A DNA stretch of 64,000 nucleotides, from the NCBI GenBank assembly GCA_001513145.1, contig LFSP01000021.1, positions 15,934 through 79,933 of the forward strand, read 5' to 3'. Made by a program: the position numbers and the translations under genes. Numbering within the stretch: position 1 is the first letter of the stretch; every line of letters starts with the position of its first letter. This DNA comes from Clostridia bacterium DTU025 (GTDB lineage Bacteria; Bacillota; DTU025). Shown in pieces: positions 54,524-64,000 of the stretch. Below the pieces are notes generated by a model that was given only the letters and a program-made list of their open reading frames with translations, did no database searches and was not told the origin of the DNA.

Positions 54524-55876
54524 ATGCAGCCGTTCTTGGGGGTCCTGCTCGCGGCCGGGCAGGGCAAGAGGATGAAGTCGCAGATCCCCAAGGCGCTTCA
54601 TCAAGTGGCAGGCGAGCCGATGATCGACCATGCCATGAACAACCTGCTCAAAGCCGGCGCAGCTCGGATCATCGTCGTGGTGGGGCACGGCGGCGACCAG
54701 CTCGTTGAGCATATCGGGGATCGCGCGGAAGCCGTGTGGCAGAGGGAACAGCTGGGCAGCGGGCACGCCACCATGCAGGCGATCCCGGCTCTCGAGGGCT
54801 TCCATGGCGCCGTAGTGGTGGCGCCGGCGGACGTGCCAGCCCTTCGCAGCTCTACCATTGAGAGACTTGTGCATCAACATGCTGCCGGCGGCTACGCGGC
54901 AACGGTGCTCACCATGGTGCTTGACGATCCCGCCCATTACGGACGAGTGGTCAGAAACTCCCACGGCGACGTGGCTGCGATAGTGGAGTACCGGGACGCG
55001 TCGGAGCACATCCGCGCCATCCGCGAAGTGAACACCGGCGTGTACTGTTTCAACTGCCCTGACCTGCTCAAGGAGCTTCCGGGGCTGACCAACGACAACG
55101 ACCAGGGCGAGTACTACCTCACCGACGTCATCGAGATGCTGGTAAGGCACGGCCGCCCGGTGGGCGCCGTCGTCCTCGACGATCCCGCCGAAGGGCTGGG
55201 CATCAACTCCAGGGAGGAGCTTGCCCAGGTGGGGCAGGTGCTCAGGTTCAGGAAGCACAGGGACCTGATGCAAGACGGTGTCACCATAGTTGACCCAGCT
55301 ACAACATACATCGATATGGGCGTGGAGATAGGGCGTGACACTGTGATCGAGCCGTTCACCGTTCTTTGCGGCAGAACCGTGATCGGCAGAGGATGCCATG
55401 TCGGGCCCTATGTTTGCGTACGCGACGCTGCCATGGGCGATGGATGCGTCATAGGCCCGTTCTCGTACATCCGCCCCGGCACACGGCTGGCCGACAAGGT
55501 GAAGGTTGGCGACTTCGTAGAGGTGAAGAACAGCACTGTGGGCCAGGGCACGAAGATCCCCCACCTGAGCTACGTGGGCGATGCGGATCTTGGCAGTGGC
55601 ATCAACGTAGGAGCCGGAACCATCACGTGCAACTACGACGGTGAGCGTAAGCACAGAACGATAATAGAAGACGGAGCTTTCATCGGAGCCAACAGCAACC
55701 TGGTGGCGCCCGTAAGGGTCGGCCGAGAGGCTTACATAGCCACCGGGTCTACCATCACAGACCACGTACCAGCAGGAGCGCTGGGCATTGCCCGCGCTCG
55801 GCAGCAGAACAAGGAGGGGTGGGTCGAACGCCGCAAGCAGAGCAGGCAGACCCAGGCCTCCAGGGAGGACAATTAG
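54524..55876 (+). CDS. glmU: Bifunctional UDP-N-acetylglucosamine pyrophosphorylase / glucosamine-1-phosphate N-acetyltransferase
   Basis: [12 protein letters not shown]-terminal NTP-transferase motif and C-terminal left-handed beta-helix hexapeptide repeats. Confidence 0.95.
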   Translation: MQPFLGVLLAAGQGKRMKSQIPKALHQVAGEPMIDHAMNNLLKAGAARIIVVVGHGGDQLVEHIGDRAEAVWQREQLGSGHATMQAIPALEGFHGAVVVAPADVPALRSSTIERLVHQHAAGGYAATVLTMVLDDPAHYGRVVRNSHGDVAAIVEYRDASEHIRAIREVNTGVYCFNCPDLLKELPGLTNDNDQGEYYLTDVIEMLVRHGRPVGAVVLDDPAEGLGINSREELAQVGQVLRFRKHRDLMQDGVTIVDPATTYIDMGVEIGRDTVIEPFTVLCGRTVIGRGCHVGPYVCVRDAAMGDGCVIGPFSYIRPGTRLADKVKVGDFVEVKNSTVGQGTKIPHLSYVGDADLGSGINVGAGTITCNYDGERKHRTIIEDGAFIGANSNLVAPVRVGREAYIATGSTITDHVPAGALGIARARQQNKEGWVERRKQSRQTQASREDN

Positions 55877-55880
55877 CCAA

Positions 55881-56828
55881 ATGCTTTCATGCCACAGAAA
55901 GCTCAAGATCTTCGCCTGCAACTCCAATCCGGGGCTGGCGGACGAGGTCGCCGCAGTTCTCGACACCAACCTGGTGAAGGCCAGCGTGGGGAGGTTCAGT
56001 GACGGCGAGATACGGGTGCAGATCCACGAGAGCATCAGGGGCGCCGACGTGTTCGTGATACAGTCCCTGTGCCGGCCGGTGCACGACAACATCATGGAGC
56101 TGCTCATCGTCATCGACGCGCTGAACCGGGCTTCAGCCAGGTCCATCACGGCGGTGCTTCCGTACTACGCTTACGCCCGCCAGGACCGCAAGTCGCAGCC
56201 GAGGGAGCCCATCGCGTCGAAGCTTCTAGCCAACCTCATCACGGCGGCGGGCGCCTCGCGGGTTCTCACCATCGACCTGCACGCCCCGCAGATTCAGGGC
56301 TTCTTCGACATCCCGGTGGACCACCTGAAGGCAGCTCCCATCCTGTCTCAACACCTGGAGACCAGGGGCCTACGAGGTTGCGTCATAGTCTCCCCCGACG
56401 TCGGTGGCGTGGCGCGGGCGCGCGTCCTGGCGGAGCACCTCGATGCCAGTCTTGCCATCGTAGACAAACGCCGGCCCAAGCCCAACGTGGCTGAAGTGAT
56501 GAACGTCATCGGCGACGTCAAGGGCAAACCCTGCGTCCTCGTGGACGACCTGGTGGACACCGCGGGAACCATATGCCAGGCGGCGCAGGCGCTGATCGAC
56601 CGCGGTGCGACCTCGGTGAGGGCGTGCTGTACACATGGCGTCCTGTCGGGCCCGGCCATCGAGAGGCTGAAGGCGTCCCCCATCGAGGAGCTGGTGATCA
56701 CCAACACCATCCCCGTGACCGCTCATGACAACATCGACAAGATAACCGTGCTTTCCGTGGCGCCTCTCTTCGCTGAGGCGATCAGGCGAATCTACGAGGA
56801 GCTGTCGGTGAGCATCCTGTTCGAGTAA
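55881..56828 (+). CDS. prs: Ribose-phosphate pyrophosphokinase
   Basis: [19 protein letters not shown]-terminus and PRPP-binding DLVDTAGT. Start trimmed to [11 protein letters not shown]. Confidence 0.9.
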   Translation: MLSCHRKLKIFACNSNPGLADEVAAVLDTNLVKASVGRFSDGEIRVQIHESIRGADVFVIQSLCRPVHDNIMELLIVIDALNRASARSITAVLPYYAYARQDRKSQPREPIASKLLANLITAAGASRVLTIDLHAPQIQGFFDIPVDHLKAAPILSQHLETRGLRGCVIVSPDVGGVARARVLAEHLDASLAIVDKRRPKPNVAEVMNVIGDVKGKPCVLVDDLVDTAGTICQAAQALIDRGATSVRACCTHGVLSGPAIERLKASPIEELVITNTIPVTAHDNIDKITVLSVAPLFAEAIRRIYEELSVSILFE

Positions 56829-56829
56829 G

Positions 56830-57405
56830 ATGTACATCGTTGCTGGCCTGGGCAATCCCGGATCTAGGTACGAGACCACCCGCCATAACGTGGGCTTTAT
56901 GACCCTCGACCGTCTGGCCCGCGAGCTGGGGGTGGCTTTTCGTCGTGCCCCGATGCGCGGAGCGCCTGCCATGGCCGCCAGGGCCAGGCGCGACGGGATT
57001 GACGCGGTGTTGCTCAAGCCCCATACTTACATGAACCTCAGCGGGCTGGCGGTGCGCGCCGCGGCATCATATTACGGCGTCGGGCCGGAGTCCATAATAG
57101 TGGTGTACGACGACCTCGATCTCGAGGTGGGCCGCATCCGCATCCGGGCTCGCGGCAGCTCCGGCGGCCACAGGGGCATGAGGTCCGTCATCGACGAGAT
57201 GGGCACCGAGGAGATAGTGCGCGTTAGGATAGGAATCGGCAGGCCGCCGCCGTGGGAGGACTCCGCCGACTACGTCCTCAGCTCCTTCGTGCCTGAGGAG
57301 CTGCCGCTGATGTCCGACGCGATTACAAATGCCGCGAAGGCCATACTATGTATTATGGCCGAGGGCGTTGAGGCGGCGCAGACCGAGTTCAACAGGATCA
57401 GCTGA
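56830..57405 (+). CDS. pth: Peptidyl-tRNA hydrolase
   Basis: MYIVAGLGNPGSRYETTRHNVGF...GHRGMRS motifs. Confidence 0.92.
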   Translation: MYIVAGLGNPGSRYETTRHNVGFMTLDRLARELGVAFRRAPMRGAPAMAARARRDGIDAVLLKPHTYMNLSGLAVRAAASYYGVGPESIIVVYDDLDLEVGRIRIRARGSSGGHRGMRSVIDEMGTEEIVRVRIGIGRPPPWEDSADYVLSSFVPEELPLMSDAITNAAKAILCIMAEGVEAAQTEFNRIS

Positions 57406-57495
57406 TAGGGTTTGAAGTGGTGGCCCTAAGGGTCTGCACCCCCGTGCGCAGCCCTTGGGCTTGCCTTGTTATGCCCATTTCCCGGAGGTACGCAT

Positions 57496-60400
57496 TTGAT
57501 CGGAATTACCCGTCTGCTCATGAACTCAAACGCTTTCGCTCAGGTGCTGGCCGCAGCGCAGCACGGGCATGGCCGCGCCCCCGTGCGCGTCTCAGGCGTG
57601 ATCGGGTCCGCAAAGGCACTCTACCTGGCGGGCCTGATGGAGCACGGCCAGAGGCAGGTATTCGTCGTCACCTACAGCCAGCAGGAGGCGGAGGCCCTTG
57701 CCTCCGACATCGAAGCCTTCGCCGGCGCGCGCAAGGCTTTCGTGTTCCCTCCGGTGGACCTCCTTCCCTACGAGCACACCAGGATCAGCGGCGATCTCGC
57801 CTCATCCCGGGCGAAGGCCATGGCGGCCCTCGTGGGTGGGCAGCCGTGCGCAGTGATCGCGCCGGTGAGGGCCCTGAGCAGGCGCACCGTGCCTCCTGAG
57901 GTCTACAGGAGCCGTCGCTTCCAGCTGCAGGCCGGCAAGGTGATGGACCAGGACGAGCTCCTCAGGCAGCTGGCGGACGCAGGCTACGAGATGCTTCCCA
58001 AGGTGGATGCCCAGGGCCAGGCCGCGATGCGCGGCGGCATCGTCGACATATTCCCCTTCGACCTCGACGAGCCCGTGCGGGTGGAGTTTTGGGGCGACGA
58101 GATCGAGTCCATCCGCTCCTTCGACCCGGCGACGCAGCGGTCGACTGTGGGCAGAGAGTCGGTCACCATTGGCCCCGCCAGGGAGTTCCTCTACGACCGC
58201 GCCGCCCTGGAGCGCGCCCTTTCTGCCATAGAGGCCGAGCTTGCCAGGGTGAAAGCCAGCGCCCGCAGGAAAGCCGAACCCGGCTCCAGCCCCGACCGCA
58301 GCCCCGGAACCACCGGCCGCGGCCGCTCCGGCATCGACCAGCTCTCGGAGAGGGTGGCCGAGCACCTGGAGGCCTTGAGGGAGCGTGGCTACTTCGACAA
58401 CGACGAGCAGTACCTCCCCTTCTTCTATCCCGACGTCAGCACCATCCTGGACTGGGCCAACGACGCCGTGGTGGTCATCGACGAGCCGGAACGAGTGCGC
58501 GAATCCGCCCGCGGGGCCGAGGCCGACGTCAGAGAGACCTACGCCAGCCTCCTCGAAGCCGGCCTGGTGCTGCCCACCGGGGCGGAACTTTACATCGGTG
58601 CCGACCATCTAATAGGTAGACTGGAGGCGCGGCATCAGCTCAGCCTCTCGCTGCTGTCCAGAGGCGATTCCGATCACGCCATAATGGCTCCGGTGTCAAG
58701 CCCCGAGCTGTTCGCCGGCAGGTTCGACGACCTGGTCCATGAGATAAGGAAGTACCGCAAGCGTCGGTACCGCGTGGTATGCGCGGTCTCCACCCCTGAC
58801 AGGCGCGACCGGCTGGTCAACTCCCTGAGCGTGCAGGGGGTCGTGGTCCAGTCTCCAATATCGGTGATTGACCCCCCGGAAGATGGCACCGTGACGGCGG
58901 TGGTGGCCGAGGCGACGTCGGGCCTTCTCTACCCCGACATCAGGCTGCTCCTGCTCACCGATGCGGAAGTCTATGGCAGGCCAAAGAGGCGCCGACGCCC
59001 CGCCGCCGTCGACGAGGCGGCCCGCATCTCTTCCTACACCGACCTGCACGTCGGCGATTACGTCGTGCACGTCAACCACGGGGTAGGGCGCTACGCTGGT
59101 GTGCACACCCTTGAGGTCAGCGGCGTGCAGCGCGACTACCTGCTGGTGGAGTACGCCGGCGAGGACAAGGTGTACGTGCCCACCGACCAGGTGGCGCTCC
59201 TGCAGAAGTACATCGGCGTGGACGACATTGCGCCTCGCCTCAACAAGCTCGGCGGCGCCGAGTGGGCCAAGGCCAAGCTCCGAGCCAGGGAATCGGTGCG
59301 CGACATGGCGGAGGGCCTCATCCAGCTCTACGCGGCCAGGGAGAGCATCACCGGCTATGCTTTCTCGGCTGACACCGTATGGCAGCACGAGTTCGAGGAC
59401 GCATTCCCGTACGAGGAAACCCCTGACCAGTGGCGGGCCATCAACGAGGTCAAGCGCGACATGGAGCGGTCCCGACCCATGGACAGGCTGCTCTGCGGCG
59501 ACGTGGGCTTCGGCAAGACAGAGGTGGCCCTGCGCGCCGCGTTCAAGGCCACGGCCGACAGCAAGCAGGTGGCGGTGCTGGTTCCCACCACCATCCTGGC
59601 GCAGCAGCACTACATGACGTTCACCGATCGGTTCAAGGGCTTCCCCATCAAGGTAGCGATGCTTTCCAGGTTCCAGTCAGACGCCGAGCAGCGCGCGGTG
59701 GTGGAGGGCCTGAAGGACGGTACCGTTGACGTCGTCATCGGCACCCATCGGCTGCTTTCGCAGGATGTACAGTTCAGAGACCTTGGCCTCCTCGTCGTAG
59801 ACGAGGAGCAGCGCTTCGGCGTGGCCCAGAAGGAGAGGCTGAAGGAGCTCAGGAAGGAGGTCGACGTGCTCACCCTAACCGCGACGCCCATACCGCGCAC
59901 GTTGCATATGGCCATGGTGGGCGTGAGGGATATGAGCCTGATAGAGACGCCGCCTGAGAACCGCTTCCCCATTCGCACATACGTGGTGGAGCATAATGAT
60001 ACCCTCATTCGGGAGGCGATACTGAGGGAGATAGACAGGGGCGGCCAGGTGTACTTCGTCCACAATCGGGTGCACGACATCGACGAGGTGACCGCGGCCC
60101 TGATGAAGCTGGTGCCAGAGGCGGAGTTCGGGGTGGCCCACGGGCAGATGCCGGAGGAGCGCCTCGAGAGGGTGATGTTGCAGTTTCTCCAACACGAGTT
60201 TGATGTGCTAGTATGTACTAGTATAATAGAGTCTGGTATTGATATGCCCAACGTCAACACTATCATCATCAACAACTCTGACAGCTTCGGCCTGGCACAG
60301 CTGTACCAGTTGCGCGGGAGAGTCGGCCGCACGAATAGGGTAGCCTATTGCTATCTGTTGTTCAGAAAGGGCAGGATGCTCACGGAGACCGCCGAACGCA

Positions 60401-61065
60401 GGCTGGCGGCTATCAAGGAGTTCACCAGCCTCGGATCCGGCTACAAGATAGCCATGCGCGACCTGGAGATCCGCGGGGCAGGGAACCTGCTGGGCCCGGA
60501 GCAACATGGGCATATTGCAGCCGTGGGATTCGAGATGTACTGCAGGCTCCTGGAAGAGGCCATAAAGGAACTCAAAGGCGAGCCTAAGGCACCCGAACCT
60601 CCGCCGATGCTGATAGACCTACCCGTCGACGCATATGTGCCCGACGCTTACGTCCCCGACTCGAGCCAGAAGATAGAGGTGTACAAGAAGATCAACGCGG
60701 TGGACGGCCCGGAACGCGCCGCCGAGCTGGCCAAGGAGCTGGCCGACAGGTTCGGTCCGCCGCCGGCTCCGGTGGAGAACTTGCTCATCATCGCTGCGAT
60801 GAAGCCAGTCGCTGGCGAGCTGGGCGTCGTCAGCATAGTGGCTCAGCGCAATGAGGTGGTCATCAGGTTCGCGGAAGGGGTACGTCACACGGGGACGAAC
60901 CTAATGAGGATAGTCCGGTCCCTCAAGGGGAGAGTCACTCTTGGCGCAGGCAGGGCACTCACCTTCAAGATTCGCACCCAAGGGCTGTCGGAGAAAGAGT
61001 TGCTGAACATACTGGTGTACGTGATCACGGAGATGAACGAGGCTTGCGAGGCTGCAAGCCAGTAA
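57496..61065 (+). CDS. mfd: Transcription-repair coupling factor
   Basis: UvrB-homology N-domain, RNAP-interacting domain, GDVGFGKTEVALRAAF Walker A, DEEQRFG, and the TRG / C-terminal D7 domain. Start trimmed to the TTG after a GGAGG RBS. Confidence 0.92.
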   Translation: MIGITRLLMNSNAFAQVLAAAQHGHGRAPVRVSGVIGSAKALYLAGLMEHGQRQVFVVTYSQQEAEALASDIEAFAGARKAFVFPPVDLLPYEHTRISGDLASSRAKAMAALVGGQPCAVIAPVRALSRRTVPPEVYRSRRFQLQAGKVMDQDELLRQLADAGYEMLPKVDAQGQAAMRGGIVDIFPFDLDEPVRVEFWGDEIESIRSFDPATQRSTVGRESVTIGPAREFLYDRAALERALSAIEAELARVKASARRKAEPGSSPDRSPGTTGRGRSGIDQLSERVAEHLEALRERGYFDNDEQYLPFFYPDVSTILDWANDAVVVIDEPERVRESARGAEADVRETYASLLEAGLVLPTGAELYIGADHLIGRLEARHQLSLSLLSRGDSDHAIMAPVSSPELFAGRFDDLVHEIRKYRKRRYRVVCAVSTPDRRDRLVNSLSVQGVVVQSPISVIDPPEDGTVTAVVAEATSGLLYPDIRLLLLTDAEVYGRPKRRRRPAAVDEAARISSYTDLHVGDYVVHVNHGVGRYAGVHTLEVSGVQRDYLLVEYAGEDKVYVPTDQVALLQKYIGVDDIAPRLNKLGGAEWAKAKLRARESVRDMAEGLIQLYAARESITGYAFSADTVWQHEFEDAFPYEETPDQWRAINEVKRDMERSRPMDRLLCGDVGFGKTEVALRAAFKATADSKQVAVLVPTTILAQQHYMTFTDRFKGFPIKVAMLSRFQSDAEQRAVVEGLKDGTVDVVIGTHRLLSQDVQFRDLGLLVVDEEQRFGVAQKERLKELRKEVDVLTLTATPIPRTLHMAMVGVRDMSLIETPPENRFPIRTYVVEHNDTLIREAILREIDRGGQVYFVHNRVHDIDEVTAALMKLVPEAEFGVAHGQMPEERLERVMLQFLQHEFDVLVCTSIIESGIDMPNVNTIIINNSDSFGLAQLYQLRGRVGRTNRVAYCYLLFRKGRMLTETAERRLAAIKEFTSLGSGYKIAMRDLEIRGAGNLLGPEQHGHIAAVGFEMYCRLLEEAIKELKGEPKAPEPPPMLIDLPVDAYVPDAYVPDSSQKIEVYKKINAVDGPERAAELAKELADRFGPPPAPVENLLIIAAMKPVAGELGVVSIVAQRNEVVIRFAEGVRHTGTNLMRIVRSLKGRVTLGAGRALTFKIRTQGLSEKELLNILVYVITEMNEACEAASQ

Positions 61066-61084
61066 GCGCAGGAGGAGAGTTGAG

Positions 61085-61639
61085 ATGAGACCGACGGGGA
61101 TCGTCAGGAGAATCGACGAACTAGGCAGGATAGTGGTGCCCAAGGAGCTCAGGAGAACCCTCCGGATTCGCGAAGGCGATTCGGTAGAGATCTACGTAGA
61201 CGAGAACGGGAACATCGTGCTGAGGAAGTATTCGCCGGTGGGGCAGCTCAAGGCCATGTCCCACGACATGGCGGAGGCGTTGGCCGAGTCGTCCGGGCTG
61301 GTGGCCCTCATTTGCGACAAGGACGTGGTGCTGGCTTCGGCCGGGCCTGGCGCTCCTGACCTCTCAGACAGGGCCATCGGCAGGGCAGTGGAGAAGTCCA
61401 TGAGCGAGCGGCAGGTGCTCCTGGTCCACTTCAGCGGAGGCGGCGAGGCGTCGTCCATCGTGGACCCCGGCGACGACGGGTTCGTCATCGTGTCGGCGGC
61501 CATCGCCCCCATCATCGTGGACGGCGAGGCAGTTGGCGCAGTGGTGGTGGGGACCACGTCCAACGTCACCACCGTGGGCGAGCTCGAGGAAGACCTGGTC
61601 GTCACCGCCGCGGGATACTTCGCCAGGCAGGTGGGATAA
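61085..61639 (+). CDS. spoVT: Stage V sporulation protein T (AbrB-N domain + GAF)
   Basis: MRPTGIVRRIDELGRIVVPKELRRTLRIREGDSVEIYVDENGNIVLRKY is near-identical to the SpoVT N-domain, followed by a GAF-like domain. RBS GGAGGAG. Confidence 0.9.
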   Translation: MRPTGIVRRIDELGRIVVPKELRRTLRIREGDSVEIYVDENGNIVLRKYSPVGQLKAMSHDMAEALAESSGLVALICDKDVVLASAGPGAPDLSDRAIGRAVEKSMSERQVLLVHFSGGGEASSIVDPGDDGFVIVSAAIAPIIVDGEAVGAVVVGTTSNVTTVGELEEDLVVTAAGYFARQVG

Positions 61640-61657
61640 CGGGGAGACGCAGGTCTT

Positions 61658-62431
61658 ATGGAACGGCTGCTTAGAATCATGGCCAAACTCAGGTCGCCTG
61701 AGGGATGCCCGTGGGACCGGCAGCAGACCCACGAGTCTCTCAGGCCCTACGTTATCGAAGAGGCGTACGAGGTGGTGGAGGCCGTCGATAGCGGCTGCCG
61801 CGCCAAGCTCGCCGAGGAGCTGGGAGACCTGCTCTTGCAGGTTGTCTTCCACGCCCAGATAGCGTCGGAGCACGGCGACTTCACTCTTGACGACGTGGTG
61901 GCCGCCATCTGCGAGAAGCTCGAGCGCAGGCACCCCCACATCTTCGGAAACGTCAGGGCTGACAACGCTGAGCAGGTGCTGCACAATTGGGAGCGAATCA
62001 AGCAGGCAGAGCGCCAGTCCGAAACGGGCAAGCGTTCGTCGCTCCTTGACGGCGTGCCCAAGTACCTGCCGGCGCTGATGTACGCCTACAAGGTCCAGGA
62101 TAAGGCCGCCCGGGTGGGGTTCGACTGGCCCAACGCCGATGAGGCGGCGCCGAAGATCTGGGAGGAGGCGGACGAGCTGAAGGAGGCCATGGCCTCCGGC
62201 GATGAGGAGCGCATCGCCGACGAGCTGGGCGATCTCCTGTTCGCGGTGGTGAACGTGGCGCGCCTGCTCAAGGTGCACCCGGAGGAAGCCCTCAGGCGCA
62301 CCAGCGACAAATTCGCCGAGAGGTTCAAGTTCATCGAGGCAAGGGCAGACGAGATGGGCACCACCCTGGAGGATATGACGCTTTCCGAGATGGACGAGGC
62401 CTGGAACGAGGCCAAGCGTTCGGGCCTGTAG
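61658..62431 (+). CDS. mazG: Nucleoside triphosphate pyrophosphohydrolase MazG (tandem MazG domains)
   Basis: LRSPEGCPWDRQQTHESL...EEAYEV and EELGDLLFAVVNVARL motifs in two repeats. Confidence 0.9.
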   Translation: MERLLRIMAKLRSPEGCPWDRQQTHESLRPYVIEEAYEVVEAVDSGCRAKLAEELGDLLLQVVFHAQIASEHGDFTLDDVVAAICEKLERRHPHIFGNVRADNAEQVLHNWERIKQAERQSETGKRSSLLDGVPKYLPALMYAYKVQDKAARVGFDWPNADEAAPKIWEEADELKEAMASGDEERIADELGDLLFAVVNVARLLKVHPEEALRRTSDKFAERFKFIEARADEMGTTLEDMTLSEMDEAWNEAKRSGL

Positions 62432-62530
62432 TGGGGCTGCAGTAGGGCTTGGCATCGAGCAACGCGGACGGGCATACACATCCTTAGAGGCAGCGCACTG
62501 ACGTGCCATATCTCATAAGGAGTGTTGCCC

Positions 62531-62845
62531 ATGGCCGCGAGAATCGCTCCCGAACCTGGAGACGAGACCAGGCGGAAGAGGCCTGGCATGCAGCACAAGC
62601 TGGTCATCGTAGACAGGGAGAACATGAACGTCGAGGGCATCCTCAACGTGGAAAGCTTCGACGACGAGCAGATCGTGCTGGAGACAAACGCGGGGCTCCT
62701 CACGCTTTTCGGGCAGGGCCTTCACATCCGCCACCTCAACCTTGAGGAGGGCGTCGTCGAGATCGACGGCTACGTGGAGGCCTGCGACTACGAGGACGAG
62801 AGCCGCAAACGCGCGAAGGGCCTGTTCGCCCGCCTGCTCAGGTAA
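62531..62845 (+). CDS. yabP: Sporulation protein YabP
   Basis: HKLVIVDRENMNVEGILNVESFDDEQIVLETNAGLLTLFGQGLHIRHLNLEEGVVEIDG matches the YabP family. ATG at 62531 with GGAG 8 nt upstream. Confidence 0.75.
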   Translation: MAARIAPEPGDETRRKRPGMQHKLVIVDRENMNVEGILNVESFDDEQIVLETNAGLLTLFGQGLHIRHLNLEEGVVEIDGYVEACDYEDESRKRAKGLFARLLR

Positions 62846-62883
62846 GGCTCGGGTAAGGATTCATGTAGGGGGAATGTGTTTCG

Positions 62884-63888
62884 GTGCAACGTCCCCGGCA
62901 GTCGGCTTCAGCATCCATAGTCCGCGCGCGGGCGCGCCGGCAGCGGCAGTTGCGGCCAAACGTGCCGACGCTTGCCTTTCGCCTGGTTATCGCCATCCTG
63001 TCGGTGTTCATCAGCCCGGCGGTGCTCTTGGTCTCCCTTTTCAGGCCGCGCATGAAGACTGGCCGTCGCTGGCTCATCGCCGCCCTGGCCTTCACCATGA
63101 TCCTGGCAGGCGCGGCGTGGTCGGCCGCGATGTGGCTCGACCGCACCCTCGCAGACTCCCTCAGCGTGCTCGCCGACTACGAGACCGCCAGGGTAGAGGT
63201 GCGAGACATGCCCTTTTACCAGGTGCTGAACGCCGAGAGCCTTCGCAATGGCGTCGACCCGTCGCTGGTGGCCGCCATCGTTCAGCACGGCAGCGGGTTC
63301 CGGGCCGACTTCATGTCGAGGCGCGGCGCCCGCGGGCTCATGCAGATAACCCCGTCCACGTGGGCCGAGTTCATGCCGTCGGCTGTATGCAGGGGCGACC
63401 ACGCGCCTCCCGCCTGTTCTGGAGACTGCATCTTCTCGCCGGCCGCCAACCTCAGAGTGGGGACGGCGTACCTGCGTTACCTCGTGGACCAGCACGGCGG
63501 CGACATGATGGCGGCGCTCAGGGCATACAATTCAGAGACGCCCGCCGCCTCAGCGCTCTCCCAGACTTACGCCGAAACCACGGCCCAGGCCTGGACCACG
63601 ATCCGAGGCCAGAACACCCAGCCCAGGGTGGACGCAGCGCTGACCGCGATGAGGCTGCGGTCGTACATGTCGTGGGGCGTAATCGCGATGCTCTGCTTGA
63701 TCCTGGCGTGGTCTGTCGTGCGATTGCCCGACCCGAGGCGGGATGATGATGGAGCTTCTGACCATGGGGATATCGGCCCTGTGGGGAATAGCGTTGGCCA
63801 CCGCGGTGCAGCTTACGTGGCAAGCGAATCGGACGAGGCGCACGAAGCAGACGAAGTGGTGCCGCAGCCTGATATCGGCCAGCCTTGA
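62884..63888 (+). CDS. Membrane-anchored lytic transglycosylase (SLT domain)
   Basis: SLT motifs VDPSLVAAIVQHGSGF...GARGLMQITPSTW...AYLRYL. Two N-terminal TM segments. Start codon uncertain. Confidence 0.65.
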   Translation: MQRPRQSASASIVRARARRQRQLRPNVPTLAFRLVIAILSVFISPAVLLVSLFRPRMKTGRRWLIAALAFTMILAGAAWSAAMWLDRTLADSLSVLADYETARVEVRDMPFYQVLNAESLRNGVDPSLVAAIVQHGSGFRADFMSRRGARGLMQITPSTWAEFMPSAVCRGDHAPPACSGDCIFSPAANLRVGTAYLRYLVDQHGGDMMAALRAYNSETPAASALSQTYAETTAQAWTTIRGQNTQPRVDAALTAMRLRSYMSWGVIAMLCLILAWSVVRLPDPRRDDDGASDHGDIGPVGNSVGHRGAAYVASESDEAHEADEVVPQPDIGQP

Positions 63889-64000
63889 CCTGTTCGTGCC
63901 GGTGGCGGCGGGCACGGCGGTGTTCTACACCCTGTATAAGGTGAACTCCGGCCAGGTCAGGGCCTACGTGCTTCTGGGCCTGGGGGTGGGCTGGGCCGTG

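Noticed and set aside
1-64000. CRISPR arrays, IS elements, integrases, prophage or toxin-antitoxin modules
   Set aside because: No direct-repeat/spacer arrays, transposase or integrase-like ORFs, terminal inverted repeats, or phage structural genes were seen. The only repeats are the two ~100-nt element copies and short in-gene tandem repeats.
63862-64000. Possible yabQ-like partial ORF at the right window edge (…FVPVAAGTAVFYTLYKVNSGQVRAYVLLGLGVGW)
   Set aside because: It is hydrophobic and in the expected position after yabP and the SLT gene. No convincing start codon or RBS is in the window, and the segment is too short to identify, so it is not annotated.

Overview
This is a high-GC (~65-68%) chromosome segment from an endospore-forming Firmicute, possibly a Symbiobacterium- or Limnochordia-like lineage. 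The gene order follows the origin-proximal region of Bacillus subtilis. It starts with a lysine-decarboxylase-like gene, tmk, holB, yaaT/ricT, a YabB-like methyltransferase, rsmI, abrB (minus strand), metG and tatD. An insertion follows, then yabE, ksgA, yabG, veg, ispE, ridA, spoVG, glmU, prs, pth, mfd, spoVT, mazG and yabP. Sporulation markers present are AbrB, SpoVT, SpoVG, YabG, YabP, YaaT, an alpha/beta-type SASP and a DacB-like carboxypeptidase.

The accessory content is:
- a membrane pyrophosphatase and gpmI at the left edge;
- an ~8.5 kb insertion between tatD and yabE, carrying two secreted beta-rich proteins, glpX and a DUF3798 + ABC transporter;
- a GntR(YtrA)-ABC-DUF4097 operon;
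- a block of spore-envelope-like genes (PHP phosphoesterase, PG-binding/GH18-like protein, LysM protein);
- an MrfA/YprA-like helicase with DUF1998;
- a polar amino-acid ABC transporter;
- a redoxin-fold protein that has lost its CXXC motif;
- a PAP2 phosphatase and a PfkB kinase;
- an opp operon whose oppA carries an in-frame amber codon between its signal peptide and mature domain;
- a singleton tRNA-Gln.

A ~100-nt structured element is present in two copies at ~83% identity, in the intergenic regions downstream of hppA and of the LysM gene. No CRISPR array, rRNA or obvious transposon or prophage was seen. Many long minus-strand ORFs in the track are antisense GC artefacts. Coordinates taken from my own indexing of the printed sequence may be off by 1 nt.
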